Below, in pieces: positions 49,636 through 63,792 of a DNA stretch of 64,000 nt. Both the position numbers and the translations under genes were made by a program. Positions within the stretch are counted from its first letter, which is position 1. Each line of letters begins with the position of its first letter. This DNA is from Lama glama (taxonomy: Eukaryota), in contig CM052817.1 of the NCBI GenBank assembly GCA_028534125.1, positions 73,410,001-73,474,000 of the forward strand, read 5' to 3'. The notes beneath the pieces are model-generated. The model saw nothing but the letters and a program-made list of their open reading frames with translations. It did not search any database and was not told the DNA's origin.

Positions 49636-52504
49636 GCATTGATAAAAATTGTTTAAGATTTTTTTTTGACGGGCATTGCCAATATCTGCATCTATGACTT
49701 CCCTTTTGTGTTCTTCCACCACTGATGAATTCTAATTCAAAATAGTGTATTCTTACTTTAGATAAGTTCATATAGTAAATGAGATCTCAGAATGTTAATG
49801 ATCTCAGAAACTTGCCACCCATTCATTAAACAAATATTGTCAAGTCATGAGGCTTACATTCCTTCTCTTTATTTTAACTTCTGCTACTCTACCTCTTTAA
49901 GATGACTTTGCACTATGGGCTGATTTTATAGGTTAATTCTCTGAGGCAATCAAATTTCTCATTTGTGACTGTTAACATTATGTACTTCCTGTAATACAAA
50001 AGAATAGGCAATATCTTTTATTAGGGTTTTAGAAAAGGGAGAAAGACACGTTAAGTTCATCAGGTGATTACAGTCTTGGAGTCCACACCTCCAAGATTTT
50101 TTTTCTCTAATGTTTACTTGGTTGAAAGTGATTCATGAACTCATGCTGTATTTTGAAATCATATAAAAACAACTGGGTGCTATGCTGATGGCCCTTTAAT
50201 TCGAATGATTGCTAAGAGTAGAAACTAGGGATTTGTTAGCCTTAGAAATGGCATTAGCTGAGACCTGTGCGTTGTGATGGCTTTGGTCCACCCAGTGTAC
50301 AGGCGACTTCGTTTGTTGCCAAAGTAATGGGGAGAACTCTGGCTCAGGATTTTAAGTCATAATCTCTCCTGTATATAGTCCTGAAACTAATGTGGAGAGT
50401 TTTAAAAACTGCAGTAAAGAAATTAACCTTCCCATCTTTCATTTTCTCAAAACTTTTTGAGAGCTCTGTTGCTTGCAATTACAGTGAATTTTGGTTTATA
50501 TCAAACTCACAACTGTGGAAGGTGTCAATGAGAATGCTTGTGTATTGTTTTAAATTCAGGTTTGTTTTTTAAATCTCTTTTAAAAACATTTCTGGCTGTA
50601 TGAAAAGCATTACTGTATCACTTAAAAAGGATGGACTTTGTTGCAGTAATTTCATACTGCAGTTTCACCGATGAAAAATAGATGAATAAAATACTTATGG
50701 AATGGTGAGGGCAAAACAAAGTGTGATGTGGGGATGTGGAGGTGGGAGCATCATGAATCAAGTTGAATGAAGTTTTGCTGCAGTTAGAATTTATAAAAAG
50801 TGAAATGATAGGAAATATTATAGATATCGAATTAAATTACACACCATAACCTTAGAAGTATACGTAGTCACTTACCTAAGATTAATTTCCTAACATAATA
50901 CTTTAAACACTGAAGATAAATGAGTTTCACATATTTCCTTACAGCTCTGAAAAGTTCTATGATTGGTAGGATTGGTTTACTAGGCTTCTTATACATTCAT
51001 TCCAAAAAAGTCATGCTCCAAGTTTTAAAGAAATTAAGTACCCTGTTATTTCCCATAAAATGTGCATTTCAATTGTTTAATAATGTTTTGTGGGAAATTA
51101 AGATTAATTACACACAGGTACACACAAACACACACACACTTTTGGCCTTAAATCTTGGGTGGATCATTTTACTACATTTATGAAGCATTTTAACAAGAGT
51201 CAGCACTGCTGTTTTTCTTAAATGCCAGCCATAACTATTTTTTAAATTGGGATGTGGTATATGGAACAGCAAAGAAAAAATATCTTTTGGAGAATTAAAT
51301 ATTCTTAACTATTTGCTATTTGGCATCTACTTTGTGACTGTATTTTATGTCCTCTTACTACTTGTAAATCCTGGGTGGAAAAAATCGTTAAGCAGTGTGA
51401 TACAATGGGTGCTGCTTATCCAGCTGCTGGGTCAGAACATCAAAATCTTGATCATAGCAGAGGTCCTGTTAAGGTCCTAGTCAACATACCCGAGGGACCC
51501 ATTTGTGTGAGATTATAGAATGACAATAAAAAGAGTGACTAAACCCAAACTTCAGAATAGGAACGACAGGAAGATGAGAACGCTTCAGGTACCTTAAACA
51601 TAATTATATTTACATAGCAAACTAAGATTAATATATGGCATTGCTCTTTTATGTTCTTTTATTATGACTTGGTTATTGCTGAAAAATGATAAAAACATTA
51701 ACAAAACAAGAGCAAAATGAAGATAATAAAGTTCATTTATTATCCAACCACCCAGAAATTAACAGTTAATTTTTGACATTAGCACTAGTATAAACGTCTT
51801 ATATATTTTTCCTCATGTTTATCATTACTTTTTAAAGAGCTGGGAGCACTATACTTTGATCCTGATGTTAAAGTCTTAGATTTTCCTTAAAAGTGAGTTA
51901 TGTCTAAAAGAAAACTATGGTCTTTTCCTTTTCCCCTCACAATTCTACTTTGTCTGTTGATAATCTTTTGTGGTGGTTTAATCTTGGTCTGTGTCAGAAT
52001 AGTTACTTCTTTGTATCAAAGCTTATCATAAATTGTAAATAAATCTATGTTTCTGCAATTACTTCAAACTTACTTTTCATGCAGTTAAAAAATTATTTGT
52101 ATTTCTATAGGTCTAGCTATTTCCCAGATCCACACTATACTGGGTTTCTAAGTTCTTTAATCTACTTCAAAAGACCTTATGTTTTGTCTGTAATGTTATT
52201 CTTTCTGCTTTCACAATGATTTTCCTTTTTGAGGTATTTTAATTTTTTCTTTCATTTTTTTCTTGAACTCTGCCAGCTCATGTTTTTTCTTCTGTGAAAA
52301 TATTTCCTTATCTTACCTAAGTACTTTCTACTTTGCAGTCTTATTTTATAAAGGCAATCACTTTTTAAAGTTAAAAAAAATTATATTAATATATTTGATT
52401 AATTTTGTCTCTTTTGGGGAGCATTTTTCTGGTGAATGCTCTTAATTTGTTATTTATGTTATTTATTTCTTCTGTTTTTCCTTCATTTTTCACATTATTT
52501 TTGT

Positions 52505-53240
52505 ATAAATTGTTTTAAAAAATTGAGATGTGATAGATATACCATAAAATTCACCATTTTAAATCATACAGTTCAGTGTTTTTTTTTTTTTTTTTAGCAT
52601 ATTTACAGTTGTTTGTGGTGTTCCCTTATGTTCCTTTCTTATTCCCTGTAATATTGGTAGTAAAGTCTCCTTTTTTATTCCTGATTTTAGTAATTTGAGT
52701 TCTCTCTTTTTTTCTTGGTCAATTTATTAAAAATTTGTCAGTTTGTTGATCTTTTCAAAGAACCTATTTTTGGTTTTGTTGATTTTTTTCCTCTTCTCTA
52801 TTTTGCTTATTTATGCTCTAATCTCTATTATTTCCTTCCTTCTATTTGCTTTTGATTTAGTTTGCTCTTCTTTTTCTAATTTCTTAAGATGAAAGATTAG
52901 GTTGTTGACTTGAAATTTTTTAACATAGACGTTTACAGCTATAGATTTCCCGCTGTTATCGTTGTATCCCATAAGTTTTGATGTGTTGTATTTTCATTTT
53001 AATTCATCTCAAAGTATTATCGACTTTTCCTTGTAATTTTTTCTTTGATCCATCAGTTATTAGAAGTATGTTGTTTATTTTCCTCATATGTTTGAATTTC
53101 TAAAATTTCTTCTGTTATAGGCTTCTAATTCATTTTATTGTAGTTGGAGGGTATACTTCATGTGATTTCATTCCTTTTAAGTTAATGACTTGTTTTATGG
53201 CATAATATACTGTCTATGCTGGAGAATATTCCATGTGCCA
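52505..53240 (-). mobile_element. Old L1M: 3' tip plus ORF2 fragment
   Basis: aattgagatgtgatagatataccataaaattcaccattttaa. ttgttgatcttttcaaagaacc (ORF2 WFFEKINK) and tctatgctggagaatattccatgtgc. Confidence 0.8.
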
Positions 53241-54679
53241 AATGACTTAGTGAACATTTAAAAATTCATATTTTAATTTTAAATATGATAAATAATGATA
53301 GATATAGCTCATAAACTAAAGTTTTTTGAGGTTCCCAGTAACTTGAAAGAATGTGAACAGGTACTAAGCTGAAAATGATTGATAACCATTGATCTAAAGG
53401 AATGGTGAGAAATGACTCTGGATATAAATTTGACTCTGATTATGAAAAATGGTAATTGCCTTGCCAGTAAGTATAGACTTTCCTCTGTAATCAATAGGAG
53501 TCAGTGAAAGTTTTTAGAAGGAATGAATAATTACAATATCTGCTTGTACTTAGCAGCTCAGCAAATGTTTGTGGGTTGATAGTCTGAAGTGTGGATTGAA
53601 ACATTGAGAGACCAGAGGCAAGAAAACCAGTTTGTTTTTAGAATTTTAGGCGAGAGATGTTTAGATGAATGAAAGCCATCCTGAGAAATTATGTTTCAAC
53701 TCCAGTTACTTTTTAATTTCTCTTTATCATTAAAGCAAAGGTGAAATAGTCCCTAGATATTTGGGAGGTTTTTTTCCTGTAGAACATTCAATGTCTTTCC
53801 AACAGTTTAAAGTGGTTTCTTGAATAAGAATAATCAGTCTTTTGCCAATGCTATTTTTCAGATGTTTCTATTTTGAATAAATAGAAAGCCAATATGTAAA
53901 CTGAGCACAAAACACCTTAAAGGTATTCACTATGGTGATAATCACAGTATCTCTTTCAAATAGAGAATCCTGCTTGGAGTTTCTTGACTGCTTTGAAACA
54001 TCAATTTAAATCGAGGTAATTTTGCATATATTGAGGGGGTATTTTGAGATTTTGCAGCCTATGAACCAGGATTCCAACAGAGAGCAGCTGGCACACTGAA
54101 AATAGGATTAATTAGGGAGAGGTTTTATTTATGTTGAAACTATTTACAGAGGTAAAAAAAAGAGGAAGAGGAAACCAGAGGAATGGCAGATATTTTAAAA
54201 GCAGGGAAAAAAATACGTGTGGGATGGAGGGCACAGGTATAGGCTTTAACTTTGAGATGAGGCGTACCACTTCCTTCAACCCTGCAAGAAAGGATTAAAC
54301 AAACAGACATAAAAATGGATATATCGCAACGAAAAGGTGATGGGAAAGCACATGCTGCTTATCTGGGACTGGACTAACTCTTGCCTTTGATTCTCACAAG
54401 AGCTGTTGGCTGGTAAAGGGGAGAAGTTATCCTCATCCTCTAGTCAAACAGAAAGTAGTTTAATTTGCTTATTGTAGAGACAGAGACACCCATACAGGTC
54501 TACATGGGGTTAATCTTCCTCTCCCCTACACCCAGGTGTCAGGTAGCACACACTGTGGTGTCCAGGATCACTGATGTACCCCATCCCCTTTAGCCGAGAT
54601 ACTTTGTGGCACTGGAGAGATGAGAAGTACAGTCTGGTTGTTCTGAAAATGACACAGATCTATTTACTCAACCTATAAT

Positions 54680-54988
54680 TTTAAAGTAGCTTTATGAAAT
54701 TATATACATTATATTTAATATGCAGAATTTGGTAAATTTTGACATGTATGGACAACCATGAAACCATTATCACAATCAATATGGTGATCATATCCATCAC
54801 CCCAAGTGTTTCCTCATGCCCCTTTGTGTGATTCCCCACCCCCACCCCACCCCGCCCCTCCTCTACCCCTAGGCTTGTTGTCACTATAGATTGATTTGCA
54901 TTTATAATGTTATATAAATGGAATTACACAGTCTACTCCTTTTTTTCATCTGACTTCTACTCAACATAATTATTTTGAGATTTGTCTA
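54680..54988 (-). mobile_element. L1MB-like 3' end
   Basis: agctttatgaaatt...gtaaattttgacatgtatggacaaccatgaaaccattatcacaatcaa...atatccatcaccccaag...cataattattttgagatt. Confidence 0.8.
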
Positions 54989-56076
54989 GGAAAAATATTA
55001 AAATACGAGTTAGACTCTCAGTTCAAATCAACCTTTCACCTGCTTTTGGTGAACATTCTGTCCCATTTCCTTCTGGTTTAATATCTTTTTCTTATCAATT
55101 TTCACCTTCTCTATCCAACAATCTCCTCTGCCTTCCTATGAATACATGACTTTTGTTTCCCTTCATTGAGATAAATAAGCCTTCAGAACAAAACTACATT
55201 ACTTTCTCCCCATTTTTACCTTTTGTTCTCTAGTCTCAGGGATGACGAGTCCACCTGGCTCTGTAGTATTCGTTCCCTTCTTTCTCATCACTTTTTGACT
55301 CTATTACCCATCTCTTCTGTCTTCTGTACCTTTAATTTCTTTCCACCATTGCCTCATTTCCCTAAGCCTGTAAGTCTTTCTCATCCTAAAATAAAAATGT
55401 TAACAACAACCAGAACAACCACAGTAATTAAATAGAAGAATGTCTGCTGTCTGTACTTCCTCCCTAATCCCTCATCTCTCTTGCCTTGCTTGGTCAAGCT
55501 TCTTTAAAGTACGATCTAAACAGATCTGGCTACAGAATTTGCAGAGCTCAGTACAAAAGGAAAATGCGAGGTCTCTTGCTCAAAATTTTTCGGGATTTCT
55601 AGATGGCAACAGCAGATTAGTAAACCAAGTGTGGGCACTGGGGCTTGTGTAACTGCGTAGGTTGCATGTCATGAAGTTGACTCTAGGTCTATACTCCTCA
55701 CTTCTACTCACTGAGTGCCCATTCACCTCTCACCCCACTGCAAGCTATCTTTGACCTCCTTCTTAATGTCATGTGGGATTATCACCCAGCTAAAATCAGT
55801 GAATAGTTGTCAGTTCTTATTTTGAATTTTTGCATTAACCTAATCTTGCTATATATTTCCATTCCCAACTTCCTTTCATGCATTGTGGTTGCTAGAAAAT
55901 TATCCCTTGAGTGAATGAATGGGGTCATTCTTGGACTTCTGCTCACTGGATTCTCAGGATCCTACAGTCTTCTCACTTACTCCATACTTTTACCCTAGTC
56001 CTTCCAGGTTTTCATGTAAGCTTGTGACTTCAAAATCTATATGTAAACTAGTTTAACTCTTCCCCTAACTTTAGGC

Positions 56077-56091
56077 ACACACACACACACA

Positions 56092-56130
<39 letters not shown>
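56077..56130. repeat. Compound microsatellite (CA)n(CT)n(CA)n
   Basis: Read directly from the sequence. Confidence 0.95.
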
Positions 56131-56133
<3 letters not shown>

Positions 56134-56469
56134 AATACATATTTGTTGTCTCTGAGATGTCATTACTTCGCTGATCAATTGATATTTCAAATTCAACATT
56201 TCCCAAATCAAACTCATTTTTATCCCCTACTCCAAAGTTTTCTTTTTCTCCTGTGGTTCTTATTTTTAAATGGCATGTCTGGGCACAAAATACTAGGGAG
56301 GAATCCCTGAGGGAGAAGTTGTATTTTCTGACCAGTGTAAGGAGCTCAGGAAAGATGACAAATCTGAAATAGGGCTTGAAAGGTGACTAAATTTTGAAAG
56401 ATGTAAGTAAGGTGGGAGTTGCATAACAGAGAAGACATTTTTCTTCTCTTGGAAAAAAAAAGATAGGAT

Positions 56470-56959
56470 TATGGTAACCAATTTCTAAGACAGTGTCTAA
56501 TGATTCCCACCTCCTGATATTTACACCCTGTGTAGTACTTGTGAACATACAGGATATTGCTGAAATAATGAAATTTGACTTCTGAGGCTGGGTTATAAAA
56601 GATATGTGAGTTCTCTCTTGTTCTTTTGGATCATTAGCTCTAGAGGAGGCTACCTTCCTTGGTGTGGGGCACTCAAACAGCTCTGTAGAGAGGTCATCTG
56701 TTGAGGAATTGAGGCCGCCAGACAAGAGCCATGTGAATGTTCCTTCTTGGATGCAGATCCTCTACCCCAGGCAAACCTTCAGATGCTTGTACTACTGGCC
56801 TCTGTTTTGATGCAACTTCCTGACAGACCCTGAGACAGAATCACCCAACCACACCATTCAAATCCCTGACCCACAGAAACCATGAAATGATAAATGTTTA
56901 TTGTTCTAAACCATTAAGTTTTAGAGTAATTTGTTACATAGCAATAGATAACTAATGCA
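56470..56959 (+). mobile_element. MLT1 (E/F-like) solo LTR
   Basis: aatgattcccacctcctgatatttacaccctgtgtag...cctgacccacagaaaccatgaaatgataaatgtttattgttctaaaccattaagttttagagtaatttgttacatagcaatagataactaatgca. Confidence 0.88.
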
Positions 56960-57335
56960 GAAGGCTTTTTGTTGTACACATTTTTAGAGGTATTGAACTT
57001 TTGAACCATGGGAGTATATTATCTGTAAAACAAACGCAACAGCAACTACAAAGGGAGCTCTGAAAATGAAATCCCTGCCTAAACCCCCCAATGGTTTCCC
57101 ATTGCACTGAGAATTCCTTGCACTTACCCATCTATGTGATCTGGTTCCTGCTTCCCTCTTCTGCGTCTCCAGCCAGGAGATACTTAGTGCTGGTTCCCCT
57201 GGACTTTCATCTATGTTCTGACATTTCAGAATTCCAGGATCAACAAAGATCAGCCTCTTGAATTGAAACTCCATCTGTATACCCTAAAGCAGCTCTTTAA
57301 TGAAAATGATATCCCCTCCGTGTTTCTAGCACAGT

Positions 57336-57337
<2 letters not shown>

Positions 57338-57372
<35 letters not shown>

Positions 57373-57630
57373 TTACAGCTTTATAGAGGTATAATTAAAA
57401 TAAACTAAACTACGTATTTCAAGCATATGCTTTGATAAATTTAAAATACATCTGAAATCATCACTCTGCTCAAGATAGTGAACATATCTATTATGCTTAG
57501 AGTTTCCGCCAAGCCCCTTCCTCTCACCTCATCCCCATCTTCTCCAAACTGCTTTGACATATGATGCTTCTCTGTATAAATTATAGAACATTTCCACCAT
57601 TACAGAAAGTACTATTGGAAAGCAGTTGTG
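57338..57630 (-). mobile_element. (CA)n followed by L1MB/MC 3' fragment
   Basis: cagctttatagaggtataatt...aaatcatcactctgctcaagatagtgaacatatc, and aacatttccaccattacagaaagtactattgg. Confidence 0.7.
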
Positions 57631-59329
57631 TAAGTCTGTTAAAAGCATACCCCATTTAATTTTGTTGTAGTTAATATACTAGTTGCTTCCAAAGTCAGTG
57701 AGCGTTGGAACCTAATAGTGCAGGGAAACAATTCCATCCATTGACAGCTGCTGATGAGAGAGCTCTTGCGTTTTAGAGATCTGTTTGCCAGATCGGGTGA
57801 AATATAGGAAGTTTCCACCACTGTGCAGTGTGAAATGCCAACAGTAAAGCATCAGTTTCCTCCAGGAAACTAGCTCTTGATTGTAATTAGAAAAGTTAGC
57901 TTTTTAGGTTGAAAGAGAGATTTGAAGTTTTTGATGGAGGTGGGGGAAAAGCAGAACTTGTTGCATTCATTGAATTATTGCATACGGATTTGATCAGAGT
58001 ATCCTCTGTATCCTGTGATCCTCTTTCCTTTCCCTCTTTTCTCTATTTGGTTAGATCAGAGGTTGGTAACTTCCCTATAAATTCCTCAAAGAGATTGATG
58101 GAATTAGGAGGGGTCTTGTTCAGTCCCTTTCACCTTCACTTGGAGGCCTAGACTGAGGGGAAAATGGGATAATACAGTCTTTTCTTAGAGAATAGCTCTG
58201 ATTTTATTTGTTTCTTGATAAAAAAGTTTATTATTAAAAATTAGATGTACAGATAAACTAAAAAAAGAAAGTAAAAATTATGAGTATGCTTAAACACAGG
58301 AATAACTACTTTATATATATAGTTTTTTAATAATTATTGGTTTGTTAATTATTTTATGTTTAGTATAAAACTGAATTCTCATTCTTTATAAGAATGAAAA
58401 TACACTACACATTTTAAGTCTTACTTACTTATTATATATCGTGAATGTTTTAAGTTATCAGTTATGTTCTATAGCAAAATAAAATAACCAATGAAACTAT
58501 ATACTGTCATTTAATGACATTTGAATATATTAGCTGCTATGAATAAAGACTTTTTTTCCCTAACCTTCTGACCCTTGAATTGTTTTTACAGTCCCACATT
58601 TAGGGGAATTTATACAGAAGTTATTTCCAGCAATGTTAGGGGCAAGATTGCCAGCTTAGAAAAGAAGAGACTATTAAATCTTTTTTTTAGTTGCTGAAAT
58701 AGTCATTAGTAGTTTAAACGTATTTTCAAACTCTGAATGGTGTTTACTAATTGGAATGGTTGGAAATTGGAATGATCTGGGGAATGGAATTTGACAGCTG
58801 TCCAGTGGTTCAGAATAATAAGAATGTTGGTTTAGGATTGGACTCAAAGGATGCCATATCTCACTGAAAATTTGGGCAACTTTATGTAGGCAAAATGGAA
58901 TTACCCAAACTAGAATTAAGCAAGAATACCAGGTCTAATGCATCAATGTTTGAAAGATCGAAAAACAAAACAAAGCAAAAAAAAAAAAAAAAAAAAAAGA
59001 AACCAAAAACCCTAGATTCTGTTGATTCCATCACTTAATATAGGCTGAAAATATTTAATTTTTTTAGGAACTCTGAGAATATGAAAAATATTTCTAGACA
59101 AATTCCATGAAAATAGCAGTGTCTTATACAAAGGATACAAACCTTTATTAGCTTGTAACAGGGTACAGTAAGTGCTCACAAAGTCATCAGGCTGGATTAA
59201 CCTATATGCTCCTCTCCCCTGGAGATTATGTTGAATGGGGCCGGAGTGCACTGAATACATGTGGCTAGGGGCCACTGTCTGGTTTGCCTGGGAGTTGAAT
59301 GCTGACTCACAGTCAGGTGTGTTTCTGTC

Positions 59330-59790
59330 TACTTGTATTTGTTATTATAATTAGGCAGACTGATTAAATGGTACATAGGCAGAGGAAACATATTTGAAAA
59401 AAAGTTAGTTCTATGAAAAATGAAATGCTTTGATAAAGATGAGTCAAGGTGGACCAGAAACTGTAAAAGATTAGAGAGATGTTCCTCTTAAATCTTGAAG
59501 GATCTGTATTCAGATTGCCTCACATTTGGCTTGACATGTTCCCTCCATTTAAAGAAGCTGAAATTTGAAATAGTACACTATCCATTGAAGATGTGGTTTA
59601 GCTGCGAAGAAGACTGGGAACGCCGTATTGTAGACATGAAATTAAACAAAGGGTCTTGGCCCTATTTAATAAAATGGTGAATAAATGAATGTTTAATTAA
59701 AATAAAATGTTTAAGCTCTTTATGTATCTTTTAAAATAATTCTCCATCCTAACTTTTTCAATTTGTCAGTCAACACCTAGACCTGATTAC
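59330..59790 (+). mobile_element. Tigger (Tigger15a-like) DNA transposon relic
   Basis: Degraded transposase HTH block LKKLKFEIVHYPLKMWF...gaagactgggaacgccg...ggtcttggcccta...ggtgaataaatg matches recalled Tigger15a. Confidence 0.65.
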
Positions 59791-60154
59791 TCTACATTAG
59801 GAGATAAGAGAGTGAGTTTACGCTGTGAGTGGTTTTCAATAGAGATTAAAAACAAAAAAAAAGATTCAGTGAGGGTTCAACCACATTTAGTCTCATTTCA
59901 TAAATTCCCCTGAGTGACTATGAAAATGTGACTTAGCCTCATCAATGCTTTTGGTAAGTAATTACAGAAAAACTTGAAATTCTGGTAAAAGATTTTCAAA
60001 AAAGTGATAGACAATAATACGAATTTACAGTCTTTAAAATTCTCTCTAGTAGTCTTATCACAAAAATGAAACAAACTGACCTATTTTGACTTAACTTTTT
60101 AAACTTGTTGGTCTGTGGGTAATAGACTAGATTAGGAGTCTCAGTTTTTTAGAC

Positions 60155-60480
60155 CATGGGTTGCAACTTTTTTGGTGAAGGACCAAAAAATAAATATTTT
60201 TGGCTTTGTGGATTATATGATTACTACTCAATTCTACTCTTGTACCAGAAACAGCTATAGACAACACATAAATGAGTCAGGATAGTTGTGCTCCAATAAA
60301 ACTTAATTTATGGGCACTGAAATTTGATTTTCACATAATTTTCACATGTCATGATATATTATTCTCTTTCAGATTTTTTGGCAACCATTTAAAAATATAA
60401 AAACCATTTTTAGCCCACAGGCTGTTAAAAAAATGCAGTAGGCTGGATTTGGCCCTAGAGCCCTTGTTTGCTACCCCCCA
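60155..60480. mobile_element. MER58 (hAT-Charlie) MITE
   Basis: gggttgcaactttttt...aaatatttttggctttgtgg...ccaataaaactt...ggctggatttggccc...gtttgctacccc. Flanked by ttttagac / atctagat, resembling the hAT target. Confidence 0.85.
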
Positions 60481-61199
60481 ATCTAGATCTCATTCTAGTT
60501 TTCTGACATTGCCTTTTCATGACCTAATCAGAATGTTTCAGTATCACAGAAACACATTGTGTTCATATTTGCTTACACATTTTTCACTCATATTTTTCTT
60601 GCCTGAAATAACTTCTGTTGTATCTTCTAATCCAGAATTAGCTGATTTCCTCTGCCCTTCCTCATAAGTTTTCCTAGCTTCCCTCAGGAGTCTTGCTGGC
60701 CTTCAAATTCTTTTCAGTACCTTCAGTCTCTTTTCTGTGAATAGTGGGAATTTTTCCTTTATTATTTCAAATCTGTGAGCTTTGATTCTTTTGATTATAA
60801 CTTCTCGGATCAGAGATCACGTATTATACTCCCTCTAATTCCCCTCAGCATAGTTCTGAGCACATAGAAGGATAAATGCTTATTAGATTGGCATGTTTGC
60901 TATCAAAATACAGTATTTATTATTCTTTCATTAAGTTTTAGAGCATTTTTATTTGGGTCTTTGGTCTCGATATCCTTTCCTCCTCACCTATCTTTACTTA
61001 ATCTTTCTCCATTGAGTTACTTCCTTGCCCATAATCGTGCTCAAGTCTCCTCTTTATGAAAAACTAACAAAAGTAACAATAAAACTTTCTGTTTGTATTG
61101 GTATTCATCCATTCCTTCCTGAGTTAAGGAATTTGTTTTTACCCTGAGATAATATTTTTTTGGTATCATAGGATAGGGAGGAGGTGGCTCTGAGAACAC

Positions 61200-61885
61200 T
61201 TTCCTGCCATGACACATGGAGATGGAGCCCAAATGGAACACAGTCTTACTGGGCTTAGGAGGCAGAGATCAGAGATTGGGCCTGCAGAAGCAGCTGGACG
61301 TTTTAGGGTTCTGGAGAAGAGGAGGAGACTCACGGAAGTCTTCTTAGGGACTCACTGTGCATCCTCGGCCAAAGGCAGCCCAGCATGTGTACCCAAGACT
61401 CCATGGGGTCTAGCAGAAAGTGCCTGCTGCAGGGCTGAGAGGTGCACATGATAGAGCTTGTGCTGTGCTGGGAGGTGTTTCGAGTTCTGGCCCAACAAGA
61501 ATGGAGACACCACATTAGACACCTTAAGTGTTCAATTGACCTCTTCAAAAGACTACATTTCAGTGAGTGTGTGGAGAAGGGATGAGGACTATGCCTTAAA
61601 TCTAAGGTCAAAATGAACAGACTTGCCCTAACAAAGAATGCAAAACTGATTCTGATGGGACCAAAAGTATCTGTGAATCACTTAACTGCTTTCCAAAAAA
61701 AAAAATAAAGCTTGACACACTTTACAGGAAGATGTCATAATCCAGACTTCTTACAATATATCACCCACGGTGTTCACCAGATATTAAAAATATTGCTAGT
61801 CATGTGGAGAAGTTGAACAAAACCCATGTCAAGAAATAGACACAGTCAATAGAAAGAGTACCTGAGATGACCCAGATATGGCCAT
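61200..61885 (+). mobile_element. Old L1M 5' region / ORF1 start relic
   Basis: agacttgccctaacaaag...cacttaactgc...gtcaatagaaagagtacctgagatgacccagatatgg. Confidence 0.55.
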
Positions 61886-63699
61886 CCCACAAAAACCCTG
61901 TAGTACCTTTTCCCTTTTTTTTCAGTTAATATTTAATACATCCTTCAAGATCCTATTCAAATGGTAGAAAAATTTCAAGAGGCTGCCCTGAATTCCTCCT
62001 ACTTGAAATAATTTATTTCCCGTTTGACTTCTCACTGATTTATGTCTCTTCCATGGTACCTAATTGTATTACTTTATAATTACCTCCATGTATATTTTAT
62101 TTTCTTGGTTGAGGTCAGGGACTGCATTTCCATATCTTTTTAGCCACTAACGTATTTACCCGCCAAAGTCGTATGGTAAGCACTCAAAAATTATTTTTGA
62201 ATATATGAGTAAAAGATGTATGTGTTCTGTATTCATCCTGTTTTAAAAATATTTACTTTTTGAAATCTTTGTATTTACTCATGTATGTATATGTATGAGT
62301 AGAAAATCTTCCTCAGTTTTAGCATGAACTGTGAATTTTCATAGAGGTTTCCATGAATTAACAGGCTAAAGTGATGGATCTTTTTTCCCTTTGTATACAT
62401 GGAAAAAGTAATAGCTTATTGTTTTTATCCTAGAATATTAAATATAAATTTATTTGTTTATCTTTTCCACTAAAGTGTAGGCTCCTTGAGGATAGAGACT
62501 TTCTTTGTATTCCCCAGTATTTTCAACAATTTGTGGCACATAGTATATGCTTCATAAATATTTATTAAATTTCTTACATTGACTAGTATTTGGCCAAACT
62601 TTGATAAATACAGTACACATTTTACTATTTTCACGATACTTTATTTTAAACCATTTGAGTGTGTCAAGAAAAGCCTTCAGAGTTTTCAAACAATTTTTCT
62701 CAGAAATGATAGTTGCAATATAAGGCCTATTAACTAAAATCTATATTTTAACAAAAATTAAGTAGTCTTTTCCTTGTTACTTTTTTTAAGTTAGTTTTTT
62801 TCTTAGCTGTAGATTTTATTTGCTATTTATACATATTATACTGACAGTAATTTTATTCTCTCTTTGATAACAGCTTACAAGTTAAAAAAAATCAGTTGGT
62901 GGCAATGGTTAATAAAATTTACTGTCATCATATTCTAAAGCTAAAATGGCCCCTAGATATTCATTTAATCACTAGAGGTGATGAAAAATGATTTCCAGAA
63001 AGTTAGAGTGGTTCACATATTTTGGATAATTAATAAAACTTTTTTCAAACAAAAATACAGAAAGAAGTTTTTTTTTGCATTCTGAAAATAAACAAATGTT
63101 TGCATTTTCAAATATAACTCAAATAAATACTCAGTATAAAAACATATTTTCGGGGAAAATTTTTAGCAAGATAAACAGTTCTAAATTACTTTAATGTTGG
63201 TATTTTCTTTTGACTTTACAGAAAGGGAATCCTGTTTTCTAACCTCTTATCCATCCACCCCCCAAAAAAGAAACAAACTAACAATGCTCAAAGAGATAAA
63301 TCCAGCCTTTGTTCCACCAGATTCTTTCAACCTGGCACTGGCACTACCACTGGCTTGGTCTGATTATAGTTAATCCACTGCCTACAACATGACAAATGTT
63401 TTTGGTCCAAGTTGAATGGCAAAGTCTTTTCAAACAGGAAAAGCAGTGGTCAGCTGTCGTTGTTGTGGTACCAACATGTATCATGTCAGGATAGCCCAAC
63501 AAAGAAGAGGATGATTCAGAATGCTGACCCCAGTACCCTGAACCTTATTGACTCTGGTGGGTTTTCTGGAAGGCTTGTTAATAGTGCTAGAAAAGAAAAA
63601 ATCAGAGCATAAAACCCATATTATGTTTGGTCTCTTTGATGAAAATTTACCAACTAACTTACATCAAGTGGTGTTACAAAACTGTGAACTGCAACTTCT

Positions 63700-63792
63700 A
63701 ATGACATGTTTCTCTTCTCCTTAAAAATCTCAGTTTGTGAAGATTTGTAAATGACATGTTTCTCTTCTTAAAAATCTCAATTTTGAAGGTTT
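63700..63792. repeat. Imperfect ~50-bp tandem duplication
   Basis: aatgacatgtttctcttc(tcc)ttaaaaatctca...tgaag starts at 63700 and again at 63750. Confidence 0.9.

Noticed and set aside
2090..63612. Remaining 60-120 aa ORFs in the track
   Set aside because: Lengths expected by chance, many start at GTG/TTG, many overlap SINE/L1/L2/LTR sequence, and none resembles a cellular protein I recognise.
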